A stretch of 55,849 nt of DNA from Vicinamibacterales bacterium. GTDB taxonomy: Bacteria > Acidobacteriota > Vicinamibacteria > Vicinamibacterales > 2-12-FULL-66-21. The stretch is taken from the NCBI GenBank assembly GCA_035575695.1, contig DATLXP010000101.1:1-55849 (forward strand), in the 5' to 3' direction. The position numbers and the translations under genes were made by a program. Numbering within the stretch: the first letter of the stretch is position 1; the number at the start of each line of letters is the position of its first letter. The notes under the pieces are model-generated. The model did no database searches. It was not told the DNA's origin and saw only the letters and a program-made list of their open reading frames with translations. Positions 55,476 to 55,849 of the stretch are shown here, piece after piece.

Positions 55476-55849
55476 TGCAGAGAATTCATCTGATTGGCAT
55501 CTGTGGCACGGCGATGGGCACGGTGGCGGCGATGCTGAAGGCGCGCGGCCACGACGTCCGCGGATCGGACCACAACGTGTACCCGCCGATGAGCGACTTC
55601 CTCCGTCAGCAGGGGGTCACGCTGCTCGAGGGATACCGAGCCGAGCACATCTCCTCGGATATCGACATGGTGGTCGTCGGTAACGCCATCTCGCGCGGCA
55701 ACGCGGAGCTCGAAGAGGTGCTCGACCGGAAGATCCGCTACTGCTCCCTGCCCGAGGCCGTTCGCGATCATTTTCTCTGGCGCGCCAGGTCCATTGTCAT
55801 CACCGGCACGCACGGCAAGACCACGACGACGTCGTTGACGGGCTGGCTG
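55475..55849 (+). CDS. mpl: UDP-N-acetylmuramate:L-alanyl-gamma-D-glutamyl-meso-diaminopimelate ligase, N-terminal fragment (3' end outside window)
   Basis: IHLIGICGTAMG...G..V.GSD.NVYPPMS...GTHGKTTTTS closely matches the Mpl N-terminus. TAATG overlap with ldcA. Confidence 0.88.
   Translation, partial: MQRIHLIGICGTAMGTVAAMLKARGHDVRGSDHNVYPPMSDFLRQQGVTLLEGYRAEHISSDIDMVVVGNAISRGNAELEEVLDRKIRYCSLPEAVRDHFLWRARSIVITGTHGKTTTTSLTGWL

Overview
GC-rich bacterial chromosomal segment; third codon positions are mostly G/C. I recognise about 63 protein-coding genes and no rRNA, tRNA, CRISPR array, transposase or integrase. A VWA protein resembling the 'VWFA-related acidobacterial domain' family and the overall gene content suggest Acidobacteriota, but this is inference only. 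Product calls rest on motifs I recognise by eye, since no searches could be run. Most of the window is housekeeping: pckA(3' end)-gatB-ftsEX, rnr-selB, tatA, groES-groEL behind a dual-CIRCE promoter, purC, nrdR plus an NtrY/NtrX-like two-component pair, ftcD, and a gap-free array pgpA-cinA-plsY-gpsA-ftsY-ribD-ribE-ribBA. It continues with ffh-rpsP-KH-rimM-trmD-rplS-rnhB, thiE, rodZ, polX, and nagZ-ldcA-mpl (peptidoglycan recycling). The accessory-looking parts are an ECF sigma/anti-sigma/secreted-protein module (4.9-6.7 kb) and a tightly coupled seven-gene operon at 16.6-21.4 kb. All seven products of that operon are predicted exported or membrane-anchored, and the only recognisable domain is an OmpA-type peptidoglycan anchor. 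The operon plus about 360 nt of unexplained non-coding DNA is bracketed by two direct copies of a roughly 50-nt module (A6-GGCCGGCC followed by CAGAAC-type heptamer repeats). One copy is the groEL terminator. This is my best candidate for an undescribed system. Other points: several near-consensus TTGACA-17/18-TAnAnT promoters, a small hairpin family centred on CCTGAAGG, and twin hairpins upstream of rnr. There is also a second unexplained non-coding block (41.2-41.6 kb), two genes with apparent 1-nt frame disruptions, and two genes whose only plausible starts are non-canonical. Many long ORFs in the supplied track are antisense or 5'-extended artefacts of the high GC content and were trimmed or rejected.
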